Assembly (NCBI GenBank): GCA_963663765.2
Contig: CAXXUA010000005.1
Span: 992,001-1,056,000, forward strand
Origin: Candidatus Poribacteria bacterium
GTDB lineage: Bacteria; Poribacteria; WGA-4E; WGA-3G
Reading direction: 5' to 3'
Length of the DNA: 64,000 bases
The stretch's first letter is position 1. The number at the start of each line of letters is the position of its first letter. Below, piece after piece: positions 40,701-49,580 of the stretch. The notes under the pieces were generated by a model, which worked only from the letters and a program-made list of their open reading frames with translations, was not told the DNA's origin and did not search any database. Both the position numbers and the translations under genes were made by a program.

Positions 40701-42231
40701 TATTTATTCAATTGAGGACCTAGCGCAGCTTATATACGACCTGAAACAAGTAAATCCACGAGCGAAAGTGGCTGTAAAACTCGTATCAGAATTCCTTATC
40801 GGAACTATTGCTGCTGGCGTAGCGAAAGGATATGCAGATGTAATTCAAGTCAGTGGACATGAAGGCGGTACAGGTGCTTCACCACTGAGTTCCATCAAAA
40901 ACGCTGGTACACCATGGGAACTTGGACTTGCAGAAACTCAACAACGTCTTGTGGCAAATGATTTACGCGACCGCGTTGTCCTCAGGGTTGATGGTGGTAT
41001 GCGTTCAGGACGAGATATCGTCATTGCAGCAATGCTCGGAGCAGAAGAATACGGTTTCGGCACTGCCGCTATGGTTGCAACTGGATGTATTATGGCACGT
41101 CAATGCCACCTAAATACTTGTCCCGTTGGAGTCGCTACGCAAGACCCAGCACTCCGAGCCAAATTTCCCGGAACACCGGAAATGGTTGTGAATTTTATGC
41201 TCGGTGTTGCAAACGAAGTTCGCACAATCCTCGCAAACCTTGGACACACAAGCCTAAATGATGTCATTGGACGACCAGAATTGTTGGAAACGGCTAAATT
41301 GGTTGAATATCCGAAAGCAGCAACTCTCGACTTAACAGAGATACTTTTACCTGCTGATCCAACCGGAGAAATGCCACGGTATCACCTACATGAACGTAAT
41401 AATCGAGTTGACACTCCCTTAGATGATCAAATTCTAATTGATGCTGCAAAAGCAATTGAAAAGAAAGAACCCATTCAACTATCATATCCAATTCTCAATA
41501 CGCACAGAACAGTGGGGGCAAAATTATCTGGTGAAATTGCATATCAATACGGTGACGAGTTACTGCCAAAAGAGTCCATCCGATGCTATTTTACTGGTAG
41601 TGCCGGACAGAGTTTTGGTGCTTTTTGTAGCACTGGTATCCAACTTGTTCTAACTGGTGAAGCGAATGATTATGTCGGTAAAGGTATGGCAGGTGGTGAA
41701 ATAGTCATCAAACCATCACCGGATGCGCGTTTCAAGACACACGAAAATACCATCATCGGAAACACTGTGTTGTACGGTGCTACAAACGGGTCTTTATACG
41801 CAGCTGGTAGAGCAGGTGAACGTTTCTGTGTACGGAATAGCGGGGCAACGACTGTTGTAGAAGGAGTTGGTGACCACGGCTGTGAATATATGACTGGCGG
41901 TACTGTTGTCATTCTGGGTGAAACAGGACGAAACTTTGGTGCAGGTATGACAGGTGGGATTGGATATGTACTTGACGAAAACCAAGAGTTTGAGAAAAAA
42001 ATCAATCCGCAACTTATTAAGTTAGAACGTATTACAGATAAAGCGGATGAAGACATTCTGGTCGGTCTGATACAAAAACATCTTGAGTTAACTGGTAGCC
42101 ACCATGCAGAGAAGATCCTTAATAACTGGGGCGCGTTTTTGCCATTCTTTTGGAAAATAGTTACCCCACCGCCACCACCGCCGCCTACACTGAACCGTCG
42201 TACCCGAAAAAGAACCCCAAGAAAAAAATAG
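37750..42231 (+). CDS. gltB: Glutamate synthase large subunit
   Basis: DACGVGF, HQRYSTNT, HNGEINT, GSMSFGALS, KMAQGSKPGEGG, CIMARQCHLNTCPVG, GXGXG domain. Confidence 0.98.
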   Translation: MDQYLYEKDACGVGFIANISGSRSHEILKMAIQAVTNLTHRGAVAADAKTGDGAGILTQIPEKLFRKEVDKFEAHVDSIDDLAVGMIFLPQNDIVAQKRGREIVTNILQQYGCPLIGWRSVPTDVSALGEKALATLPMIQQVLIGRPPRISSDKFERHLYLICKELEHRITEEQLDGFHITSFSHQTIVYKGLLVAPQLATFYSDLQNPDFEAALAVFHQRYSTNTSPTWSLAQPFRMLAHNGEINTLMGNRNWMRAREAELNSPVWNEDIKKLVPIINPLGSDSMSLDNVLELLAHSDYSILQSMMRLIPEAYEQIPDMPPALKACYEYLSCVSEPWDGPAAVAFTDGNIVGASLDRNGLRPARYKVTDDGLVVMGSEVGIIELDDSRVVRKGRLGPGQMIAVDTNKGRLLTDTDIKHEVAHQKPYANWVEQTINLDDLKPKSLGSTTPVPDDLDKYQKAFGYMIEDVERFIKPMVLQAKEAVGSMGDDAPPAVISKHPRLLYHYFKQLFAQVTNPPIDSLRERLVMSLTTRLGRRRSILTETEKHAYLIRLNSPILTNEELEALKQHDNAEFKHVTIPVHFPVASGIQGLETALDTLCNKVIDAVTAGNTLLILSDRDVNADNSPIPMLLAVGAVHHHLIREGKRMQVSLIVEAGDPREEHHYAVLLGYGADAINPYLVFSTILHLGENNEFEDLTTEQAILNYQEAVEKGILKIMAKMGISTVSSYRGAQIFEAIGINSTVIDRCFTGTPSRLGGIGFEHIAAETLHFHTKAFGATDDRKTLQEAGYFRFRRHGEFHAFNPTVFKAMHKFVKSGETADYTEYAQAVEVGEPSSLRDLLDFKPATPIPIEEVEPAEDIVRRFTTGSMSFGALSRETHETLAIAMNRLGAKSGSGEGGEDSGRFERQPNGDLASSAIKQVASGRFGVTPQYLASARELEIKMAQGSKPGEGGQIPGHKVTLEIAKIRHSIPGVPLISPPPHHDIYSIEDLAQLIYDLKQVNPRAKVAVKLVSEFLIGTIAAGVAKGYADVIQVSGHEGGTGASPLSSIKNAGTPWELGLAETQQRLVANDLRDRVVLRVDGGMRSGRDIVIAAMLGAEEYGFGTAAMVATGCIMARQCHLNTCPVGVATQDPALRAKFPGTPEMVVNFMLGVANEVRTILANLGHTSLNDVIGRPELLETAKLVEYPKAATLDLTEILLPADPTGEMPRYHLHERNNRVDTPLDDQILIDAAKAIEKKEPIQLSYPILNTHRTVGAKLSGEIAYQYGDELLPKESIRCYFTGSAGQSFGAFCSTGIQLVLTGEANDYVGKGMAGGEIVIKPSPDARFKTHENTIIGNTVLYGATNGSLYAAGRAGERFCVRNSGATTVVEGVGDHGCEYMTGGTVVILGETGRNFGAGMTGGIGYVLDENQEFEKKINPQLIKLERITDKADEDILVGLIQKHLELTGSHHAEKILNNWGAFLPFFWKIVTPPPPPPPTLNRRTRKRTPRKK

Positions 42232-42248
42232 GTTTTCTTTTCAATAGA

Positions 42249-42284
42249 TAAATGCCTCTAATTGTAATCAATTAGAGGCATTTA
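42249..42284. terminator. Intrinsic terminator between gltB and exbD
   Basis: Perfect 16-bp stem TAAATGCCTCTAATTG/CAATTAGAGGCATTTA. Confidence 0.75.
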
Positions 42285-42365
42285 TAGGTATATTGCAAAT
42301 TCAAACATTTCAAGAAGTCTTGGTTATACCAAACATGACTCTTAGACTTGACCTACTTCCCACAT

Positions 42366-42806
42366 TCATCTACTCTCGTCTTCTGCGACTGCGAAAGCAA
42401 CTTCAAGTCCTTCAATTTTATTTGATCGGTTTTTTGCTCGTTCCACAACATCAATAACGACCCCATGTTTAGCACGTTTATCTGCTTTTATAATCAATGT
42501 GCTAATTTTGTGTTCATTGGCAGCAATAAACAAACCTAATTCTTCAAGATCACCTTTGGGTATTTCATAATCATCAATAGCAATCCTTCCATCGCTGCTT
42601 ATAAACAAGTTATGTTTTTTCCTTGGGAATTCGTTTTCGGTTGAGGAATCAGGTAAGGTCACGGTAAAAGGTGGCGGAACCCTCATGATGGCAGAAACCA
42701 TGAAAAAAATGAGTAACAGAAATACGCAATCAATCATAGGTGCCATCGGGATATCATCGTCGCTTGATGTATTCCTTCTACGTCTCATTTGGAGTGCCAT
42801 GTGCAT
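42366..42806 (-). CDS. exbD: ExbD/TolR family protein
   Basis: PMAPMIDCVFLLLIFFMV, IIKADKRAKHG. Confidence 0.9.
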   Translation of the reverse strand: MHMALQMRRRRNTSSDDDIPMAPMIDCVFLLLIFFMVSAIMRVPPPFTVTLPDSSTENEFPRKKHNLFISSDGRIAIDDYEIPKGDLEELGLFIAANEHKISTLIIKADKRAKHGVVIDVVERAKNRSNKIEGLEVAFAVAEDESR

Positions 42807-42847
42807 TCTCCTTTCTTTACTGTTGTAAAGTGAATAAGTTAGGCGCG

Positions 42848-43297
42848 TCAGTCTCGCGCTGCAATTGCAAAGCCAATCTTATCAATACCCGCATCTTTCG
42901 CTGTATCCATCACTTGTACAATCTGTTCATGCAGTACTTGTCTTTGAGATTGGATAATCAGCATATTCTTCTGTTCGTCACTGGAATGTAGAAGTATTTT
43001 GAACATATCAGCTAACAGGACAACTTCTCCACCCAAGAGCATGGTTCCATTTTTCTCACCAGGAGCTGGATCGTCAATTTTGACAACAAGCCCTTTTGGT
43101 TTCTCTTCTGAAGGTGTACCGGGAGGCGGTAATTGTACTCGGATCCCTGGCATTGGTGTAAAAGTTGTTGACACCATAAAGAAAATCAGAAGTAGGAACA
43201 CACAGTCAATCATCGGTGCCATACTAAGTGTTGGCGGTTTGCGTTCTCTTATTCGCGTTGCCATTAGGCTTAATTTGGCTTCACCAAGTTGTTGCAT
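42848..43297 (-). CDS. exbD: ExbD/TolR family protein
   Basis: SMAPMIDCVFLLLIFFMV, IVQVMDTAKDAG. Confidence 0.9.
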   Translation of the reverse strand: MQQLGEAKLSLMATRIRERKPPTLSMAPMIDCVFLLLIFFMVSTTFTPMPGIRVQLPPPGTPSEEKPKGLVVKIDDPAPGEKNGTMLLGGEVVLLADMFKILLHSSDEQKNMLIIQSQRQVLHEQIVQVMDTAKDAGIDKIGFAIAARD

Positions 43298-43355
43298 TTC
43301 AAATCTCCATTTTTGTAGAAATAGGGCGAGTTAAACACACTCGCCCAACATGTGA

Positions 43356-44426
43356 TTAAGCGTTTGCATCACCTACAATCAACTGGTTAACGATTTCAGT
43401 TGAGACCTGTGAGATTTCGACCATGTGCCGGTTAACCCAACTATCAAAGAGCTGGAAGAAAATCAGACACGGAATAGCAATTGTTAAACCACCAGCAGTT
43501 GTAAGGAGTGCCTGAGAAATACCTTCAGCAAGCTGTTGTGGATCCCCAGTCCCCTCAAGGGCGATAGTTGTAAATGCGGTAATCATACCAGTAACAGTTC
43601 CCAATAGTCCAAATAGTGGTGAAACCACAGCAACTGTTCCGAGCACGGGTAGGTTTCGTTCTAATTCAGGAATTTCAAGGAGACTTGCTTCTTCAATCGC
43701 TTCTTGAATTTCCTCTTTCGTAATATCCCGTTCCTCAATCTGTGCTTGACTGTATCTTAGAAGTCCAGCTTTTAGCACATTGGCAAGTGGTCCACCTGCT
43801 TCTTCACAAGTTGAGACAGCTTCCATAATGTTTTCTTTTCGTAACGAGTCTGCTATGCTTGCGATGAACTGTTCAGTTCCAATCCGTGAACGGCTCCTAA
43901 CAAACGTGAAAAGCCTTTCAATAATGAAGGTTAAAGCAACAACAGAACAGATAGCTAATGGATAAAACACGAGCCCGAATTTTTGAAAAAAGGTAATGAT
44001 ATTATCTTTTTTTCTCATTTTGACTCGGTCAAATATATCACCACCTGGCGCGAGCACCTTAGATTTGCCGAACCGTTCTCCATAACCTTCTTTTGCATAA
44101 TTGATGGTGTAACGTCCATCAGGTAGATCCGTCATCTCATAGGCACCGTCTTTATCAGTTGTCGTAATCAAAGGTTCGTCGTCCCCTCGCACGATTGTAA
44201 CCGTTACATCCGGAATAAGGTTCATATCGGAGGAAGTATCAACAACTTCGCCTCTAATTGTTGCTCCAGCACCGACGGTTTCAGTTTCTGTAGTGGTTTC
44301 CTCTTCCTCACCAACACTCGGTACAGTTACTTCCGTATCTTCTGCTGCTTCTTCTTGTGCCATAACGATGCCAACAGACATAAACATACAGGCAATTAAC
44401 ATAAAAATCAAACTTAAACGATTCAT
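43356..44426 (-). CDS. exbB: ExbB/MotA/TolQ proton channel with N-terminal carboxypeptidase-regulatory-like domain
   Basis: Signal peptide, TTTDKDGAYEMTDLPDGRY domain, SPLFGLLGTVTGMI, GISQALLTTAGGL. Confidence 0.88.
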   Translation of the reverse strand: MNRLSLIFMLIACMFMSVGIVMAQEEAAEDTEVTVPSVGEEEETTTETETVGAGATIRGEVVDTSSDMNLIPDVTVTIVRGDDEPLITTTDKDGAYEMTDLPDGRYTINYAKEGYGERFGKSKVLAPGGDIFDRVKMRKKDNIITFFQKFGLVFYPLAICSVVALTFIIERLFTFVRSRSRIGTEQFIASIADSLRKENIMEAVSTCEEAGGPLANVLKAGLLRYSQAQIEERDITKEEIQEAIEEASLLEIPELERNLPVLGTVAVVSPLFGLLGTVTGMITAFTTIALEGTGDPQQLAEGISQALLTTAGGLTIAIPCLIFFQLFDSWVNRHMVEISQVSTEIVNQLIVGDANA

Positions 44427-44639
44427 TCGTACTGATTCTCCTTTAGGTAATTTGCCAGTTTGGCAAAAATTTCTTTTTCTATCTGTAGAATTAAAGTCAT
44501 AAAATATAGAGCAATTGCATTTAGAACATTCTACTGGGACTGTGAAATTCGTTCTTTTTGTTAAACACTTTAGTGATTACATAGTTGCGTTTTCATCAGG
44601 ATTAAACATAAAAAGATATGAACTAAAAAACATTATGTG

Positions 44640-44680
44640 GTGAGTTTGTTGGTAGTCAAGAAAGTTGCCAACAAACTCAC
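44640..44680. terminator. Hairpin downstream of the large OM-protein gene
   Basis: GTGAGTTTGTTGG...CCAACAAACTCAC 13-bp stem. Confidence 0.55.
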
Positions 44681-44689
44681 TAAATGATT

Positions 44690-47600
44690 TTAGAAACCCA
44701 TCATCGCTCGGACGAATGTAGTATTACTTGTTGTGTTTTGCAGCAAGATTGTCGTCCTACGATATCCTGCAAGAATGACGATATTGAACCCTAACCATTC
44801 ACCTCTGTTAATAGCTTGTATTTCAAAGATTCGGGTCCGCAAGTCTGGCCGGAATAAGATAGGTACTGGTTCATCAGCTTGAAAGAACCTTAGATAAGTT
44901 ATGTAATCATTGTCTCGGTTAGAAAACTTCCTATATTGGAAACCACCGAGAATATTCATACGTTGGGTAAATTGATAATCAAGGCGTACACCGAAGATGT
45001 CTTCACGACTACTCCGATTAAACCTAAGATATTCAATTGCTTCATCGCTTGTTGGAGCGAAGAACCGCGGGTTGATTCCTTCAGGAGGAGCCCAAAGCTC
45101 GGGTTCACCCAAATTTACGTTATCACCGGTAGCAGCACGGGGAACTTGTAGTGTGTCTCCTCTTTCCCTTCCATCAAGTCCACGATCCCAGATATACTTA
45201 ACCATAGGTGTCAACGTAAAATCTTCACCGATCAAATCCATGTAGGGTAAATCGCCAAGTGGAATTTCATATCTTGCCTTGAAAATTACTTGCTGACTGC
45301 GTATGTTGCGATCCGGATAGCGACGTGCTATCCAGTTATCAACATCATAAATTAGTCCTATATCCGTATCGTCAAGTGCATTAATTCCGTGGTCGGGATA
45401 GAAAGGATATTCCCTTCTCTGTCCACTTGTACGCACTTGTTGATCAGGCACTAAGAAATCAACGCGATCATCTGTTGCAAACAGGTCATCATTGAGATCG
45501 TCAGGATCACCTTCTTCAGTCGGTATGTCTAAGAACACAGCACTATCTTCATCCGGTTGATACTGCCTTTGATTAACCAACAGGATCTTCGTTTCCAGTG
45601 TTAAGTTCGGCACAGCAGTATAGAGGAATTGAAGGGTTGCAGTATTAACAAGTGCGTTGTTGTAATCAAGTTCGTCTGTAATTTGGACCTCTTCCAATTC
45701 ACCGACACGCAATGTGATGGTATAATCTGGAATATCATCCATAACTCGTACAAGTCGGTTTTGGAATAAGACTGTTCCAAAATCAGGAATATCGCGTTGG
45801 TAAGTTATATGCATGTATTTGGAATCATTCTTGCGACGACTTGAAATTTCGCTTTCGTTTAACCAACCAGCTTGAAGCGATAGGTTGTCAAGTAGATCAT
45901 ATTCTGCTGTCAGATGATAGCCTTCCTTGTCAATCCCATATTCGTATTGTGGTTCAAAATCATCTTCAAGCGAATCAATTGTACCGTTATTATTGAGATC
46001 AATGAGGTCAGTAAAAATCGGCGGATCTGCTTCAAAGATCAAAAAATCTTCTTGGTAGTCTAAAATACCGTTTTGATCTCTGTCATCAGCACGAGGAAGT
46101 ACCCCATCAAAATCGTCATCATCGGGCCAATCATCATCATCATCATCATCTTCAATGAGTGCATAATTCTCTACATCCCATGGATCGCGTTCGGCAACTG
46201 ATATTTGTGTTCTTGGAAGGTTGTAAGGTTGGTCGCGGTCGCTATTGGAACCGAAGTCTAAATAGGTTGTCGTATATCCTGGGTCGATATGATAAAACGC
46301 ACCTTCAAGGTACAGTTTACCAAATCGAGATTTTAGATTAAGGAACCATGCGGTTTCCCTACCAAGTTCGCCATCACCATCCGTATCAGTCCCATCCCCT
46401 CCAAGCCTGGCTTCAAACCGTTCACCTTCAGTTTCGGAGTATGTTGGGATATCGTTTGCGTCAACAGGCAAATTGGTATCAGGATCAATTTGTACACGGG
46501 TATCCTCTGTCCCGTCTTCCGTTACAATTTCGGGTGTAAGTCGGCTAAATCCAACTTTATCTCTTGGCACAGTAGGATATTGCTTGTATTTTCCGTTGAT
46601 TGAGTAATGTGCTCTTATAAAGACATTACCGACAGTTCCTTCAAGATCAAGACCGTATAGAACGGCTGCTCGTGCTGCCCCGTATCTGTATGTAATTTTA
46701 CGAGGTCTTCCTTCACCATCCCATGAATCTGGGTCATCGGCAAGCTTTTCCCTATTACTAACGTAATCTGGTGATTGCCCGTAGTTACCAGGAGCTTCAA
46801 TTATGTCACGAAATGGCATTCGAATGTGACCGTCTTCAGTCTTTATCCATTCTTGTATCTCAGCATCTGATGCTGCAGCATTTGCTTCACTAAATCCAAT
46901 AATAGCGATATTGTAATCACCCGCAACAGTCATATTGAAAACAACTGATTTCACAGTTCGTGGATCGACTGGTTCAACAAACTCAGTAGGAAATTCGTTG
47001 TGAAGTTCAGTAATGACAAGGTCATACTTCATCTTGTTAAACCCTTCAACGATTTTCCACTCTCCTAAAACCGGTCTGATGGAGTCTTCAGGTGAGCGAA
47101 CAATATCCGTATCAGAAACAGGTACAATATTGGTATAATCAACTGTAACGGTGTGGGTTTGTTCAGCAAGGAGTTCTGGTTCAAATGCTTCTAATTCTTC
47201 CTCAGACAAACCTTCAGGAACAGATTCAAGTGCTTGTGTAACAATGGTGATATCCATTTTTTTGACAGCTGCACCAACACCACCTTTAAAGTTACTTACA
47301 AATAAATCGTTAACCCTATTTTCGTCAATTTGACCAAGGTCTCTATTGTTAATGAAGGTTCTGTAGTGATGATTATCTTCTGGTGAGTCATCTCGGAATA
47401 CAACCGAAATCATCTCTGGTGGTGTATTTGCCACAGTTCCCATCAATGGGTTTTCAACACGTTCGGGGTGTTCTTTATGTAGATTCACATAAGTGAACCC
47501 AACTCGGAAAATGTCTCCCAAAAGACCTTGGCCTCTAAAACCGATAAGACGTGCGTTTTCAATATGTCTTACATTTGCATCTTCATTTAACCCGTTTCGA

Positions 47601-48169
47601 CGACCAAGGGTTGGCGCAAGGTTCGCAGCTCCTTCTGTAAGTTGTACAGGATTAGAAATACGTGAGTTGATGAGTGTAAATAGGTGTCGTTCTTGCGCAA
47701 AGGAAACATCCCAGCGAAAACCATCAAATTCTGTTTTGTAAATTATATATCTATTTGGAAATAAGGTAGATGGTTTTATACGCATATGGTCGCCAATAGC
47801 AAACTCATTATATCTACCCCGAAAGGAATCTTCAGTCAATATAGTACGGTCTAACTGTGCTGAGAATCTTTCGCTGTCAAGTTGTCCTGTCCAACCGACA
47901 ACGAGTTCACCGTTCTGATTGAATGCCTTTCGTTCACGGTAATTGTAGACCTCACTGCCTTCCAGAAGTTCTTTACCAAAAAGATCGTAGAAAAACTGTG
48001 GTTCCTCTTCTAATTGGAATCGATCAGAGAATTTTGAGTCTCCATCAATTGTAGGTAAGAGAGGTTCTTGCGGTCCTAAACTTTGTGCTCCACAACCGTA
48101 AAGCACAATCCCACATAGGAAGCAAGAAACTACAAGCAAAACATTATTAACTCGTTTTAACTTGTTCAT
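44690..48169 (-). CDS. Large acidic hypothetical exported protein, probable outer-membrane beta-barrel
   Basis: Lipobox-like LYGC, alternating beta-strand segments, Asp-rich DxD/DxN loops, C-terminal FVRAMMGF; AAGGAGG RBS. Confidence 0.7.
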   Translation of the reverse strand: MNKLKRVNNVLLVVSCFLCGIVLYGCGAQSLGPQEPLLPTIDGDSKFSDRFQLEEEPQFFYDLFGKELLEGSEVYNYRERKAFNQNGELVVGWTGQLDSERFSAQLDRTILTEDSFRGRYNEFAIGDHMRIKPSTLFPNRYIIYKTEFDGFRWDVSFAQERHLFTLINSRISNPVQLTEGAANLAPTLGRRNGLNEDANVRHIENARLIGFRGQGLLGDIFRVGFTYVNLHKEHPERVENPLMGTVANTPPEMISVVFRDDSPEDNHHYRTFINNRDLGQIDENRVNDLFVSNFKGGVGAAVKKMDITIVTQALESVPEGLSEEELEAFEPELLAEQTHTVTVDYTNIVPVSDTDIVRSPEDSIRPVLGEWKIVEGFNKMKYDLVITELHNEFPTEFVEPVDPRTVKSVVFNMTVAGDYNIAIIGFSEANAAASDAEIQEWIKTEDGHIRMPFRDIIEAPGNYGQSPDYVSNREKLADDPDSWDGEGRPRKITYRYGAARAAVLYGLDLEGTVGNVFIRAHYSINGKYKQYPTVPRDKVGFSRLTPEIVTEDGTEDTRVQIDPDTNLPVDANDIPTYSETEGERFEARLGGDGTDTDGDGELGRETAWFLNLKSRFGKLYLEGAFYHIDPGYTTTYLDFGSNSDRDQPYNLPRTQISVAERDPWDVENYALIEDDDDDDDWPDDDDFDGVLPRADDRDQNGILDYQEDFLIFEADPPIFTDLIDLNNNGTIDSLEDDFEPQYEYGIDKEGYHLTAEYDLLDNLSLQAGWLNESEISSRRKNDSKYMHITYQRDIPDFGTVLFQNRLVRVMDDIPDYTITLRVGELEEVQITDELDYNNALVNTATLQFLYTAVPNLTLETKILLVNQRQYQPDEDSAVFLDIPTEEGDPDDLNDDLFATDDRVDFLVPDQQVRTSGQRREYPFYPDHGINALDDTDIGLIYDVDNWIARRYPDRNIRSQQVIFKARYEIPLGDLPYMDLIGEDFTLTPMVKYIWDRGLDGRERGDTLQVPRAATGDNVNLGEPELWAPPEGINPRFFAPTSDEAIEYLRFNRSSREDIFGVRLDYQFTQRMNILGGFQYRKFSNRDNDYITYLRFFQADEPVPILFRPDLRTRIFEIQAINRGEWLGFNIVILAGYRRTTILLQNTTSNTTFVRAMMGF

Positions 48170-48490
48170 TAGTTTAGTATTCCTCCTTAAGAAATAATTA
48201 TTTCGGATATCAGTTCACTCACCTTAGTAATTAGACTTTGATACTAAGTATAGAATGCTACACATCCGAAAAACTTAATATGAATTGAAATTCTTGAGAT
48301 ATATAAACGAACAAGAAATATATCCGTTATGAACTCACGGCGAGTCACATTAGGTTATATTGTTAAAAGTTTTTAGGTCTTTTCTCACCGTTTCCCACCT
48401 ATTATTAAGTATGTGAATTTGTGGTAGGTTTCATTTCATAATTAAGGGTGTATTGTGATAGTATCACACAAAACACTTGTTTAAGTGCTT

Positions 48491-48519
48491 ATCATAACAA
48501 ATATAACATTTTTTGTCAA
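48491..48519 (-). promoter_or_regulatory. sigma70-like promoter of the OM protein-exbBDD cluster
   Basis: TTGACA-17 bp-TATGAT on the minus strand, about 320 bp upstream of the ATG. Confidence 0.5.
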
Positions 48520-48694
48520 CTATTTGACAAAAAAATGGAAAAAAATTAGATTTCATAATACCTTAGATGAATCATATAACAATTACCATTTTTTTTCAAC
48601 AATTATTTGAACTACAAGTGTGTAAAGTTTTTGTTACTTGTCTGGACCAGGATTTTCAAATCAAGAAATCAAGAAGTCAACGGTATGAATGCCA

Positions 48695-49502
48695 TATGAA
48701 GATTAATTTATTAATTCGGTAATAAATATTTCTCTCACGGTAGGTGGGGAATGCCTAAAGAAGCATGCGCGTGTGGCATGCTCCATGATTCATACCGTTG
48801 ATTTGGTGCTTTGTAAGCGCGCTCCCGATGGTAGGCGTGCTTTGTAAGCGCGCCCCCCAACTGCAGGCGTGCTTTGTAAGCGCGCTCCCCAACTGCAGGC
48901 GTGCTTTGTAACCGCGCCCCCGATGGTAGGCGTGCTTTGTAAGCGCGCTCCCCAACTGCAGGCGTGCTTTGTAACCGCGCCCCCGATGGTAGGCGTGCTT
49001 TGTAAGCGCGCTCCCCAACTGCAGGCGTGCTTTGTAAGCGCGCCCCCCAACTGCAGGCGTGCTTTGTAAGCGCGCTCCCCAACTGCAGGCGTGCTTTGTA
49101 ACCGCGCCCCCGATGGTAGGCGTGCTTTGTAAGCGCGCTCCTCAACTGCAGGCGTGCTTTGTAACCGCGCCCCCGATGGTAGGCGTGCTTTGTAAGCGCG
49201 CTCCCCAACTGCAGGCGTGCTTTGTAAGCGCGCTCCCCAACTGCAGGCGTGCTTTGTAACCGCGCCCCCCAACTGCAGGCGTGCTTTGTAACCGCGCCCC
49301 CCAACTGCAGGCGTGCTTTGTAACCGCGCTCCCCAACTGCAGGCGTGCTTTGTAAGCGCGCTCCCCAACTGCAGGCGTGCTTTGTAAGCGCGCTCCCCAA
49401 CTGCAGGCGTGCTTTGTAACCGCACTATTGGGACTTGATGTACCAACACGCCTACCAGGGTGGGTTAGATAGAATCACCAAATTTATTTATTAATCTCCA
49501 TA
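48695..49502. mobile_element. MITE family B (TA target) containing an amplified REP array
   Basis: TIRs TATGAAGATTAAT / ATTAATCTCCATA; removal restores GAATGCCATAAGGCATTC of element E. Confidence 0.8.
48806..49423 (+). repeat. Tandem array of about 20 REP-derived 31-32 bp units
   Basis: GGCGTGCTTTGTAA(G/C)CGCGC(T/C)CCCC followed by AACTGCA or GATGGTA; no unique spacers. Confidence 0.92.
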
Positions 49503-49580
49503 AGGCATTCCCCGAGTATGAATGCCATAAGCCATACCGTTGATTTACTGGTCGTGACTGTTCTGATTCATGGTCTCCAT

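Noticed and set aside
48370-48405. Cobalamin riboswitch (GGGAAACGGTGAGAA on the minus strand)
   Set aside because: It lacks the following TCC pairing, GCCCCCGCxACTGT and the B12 box.
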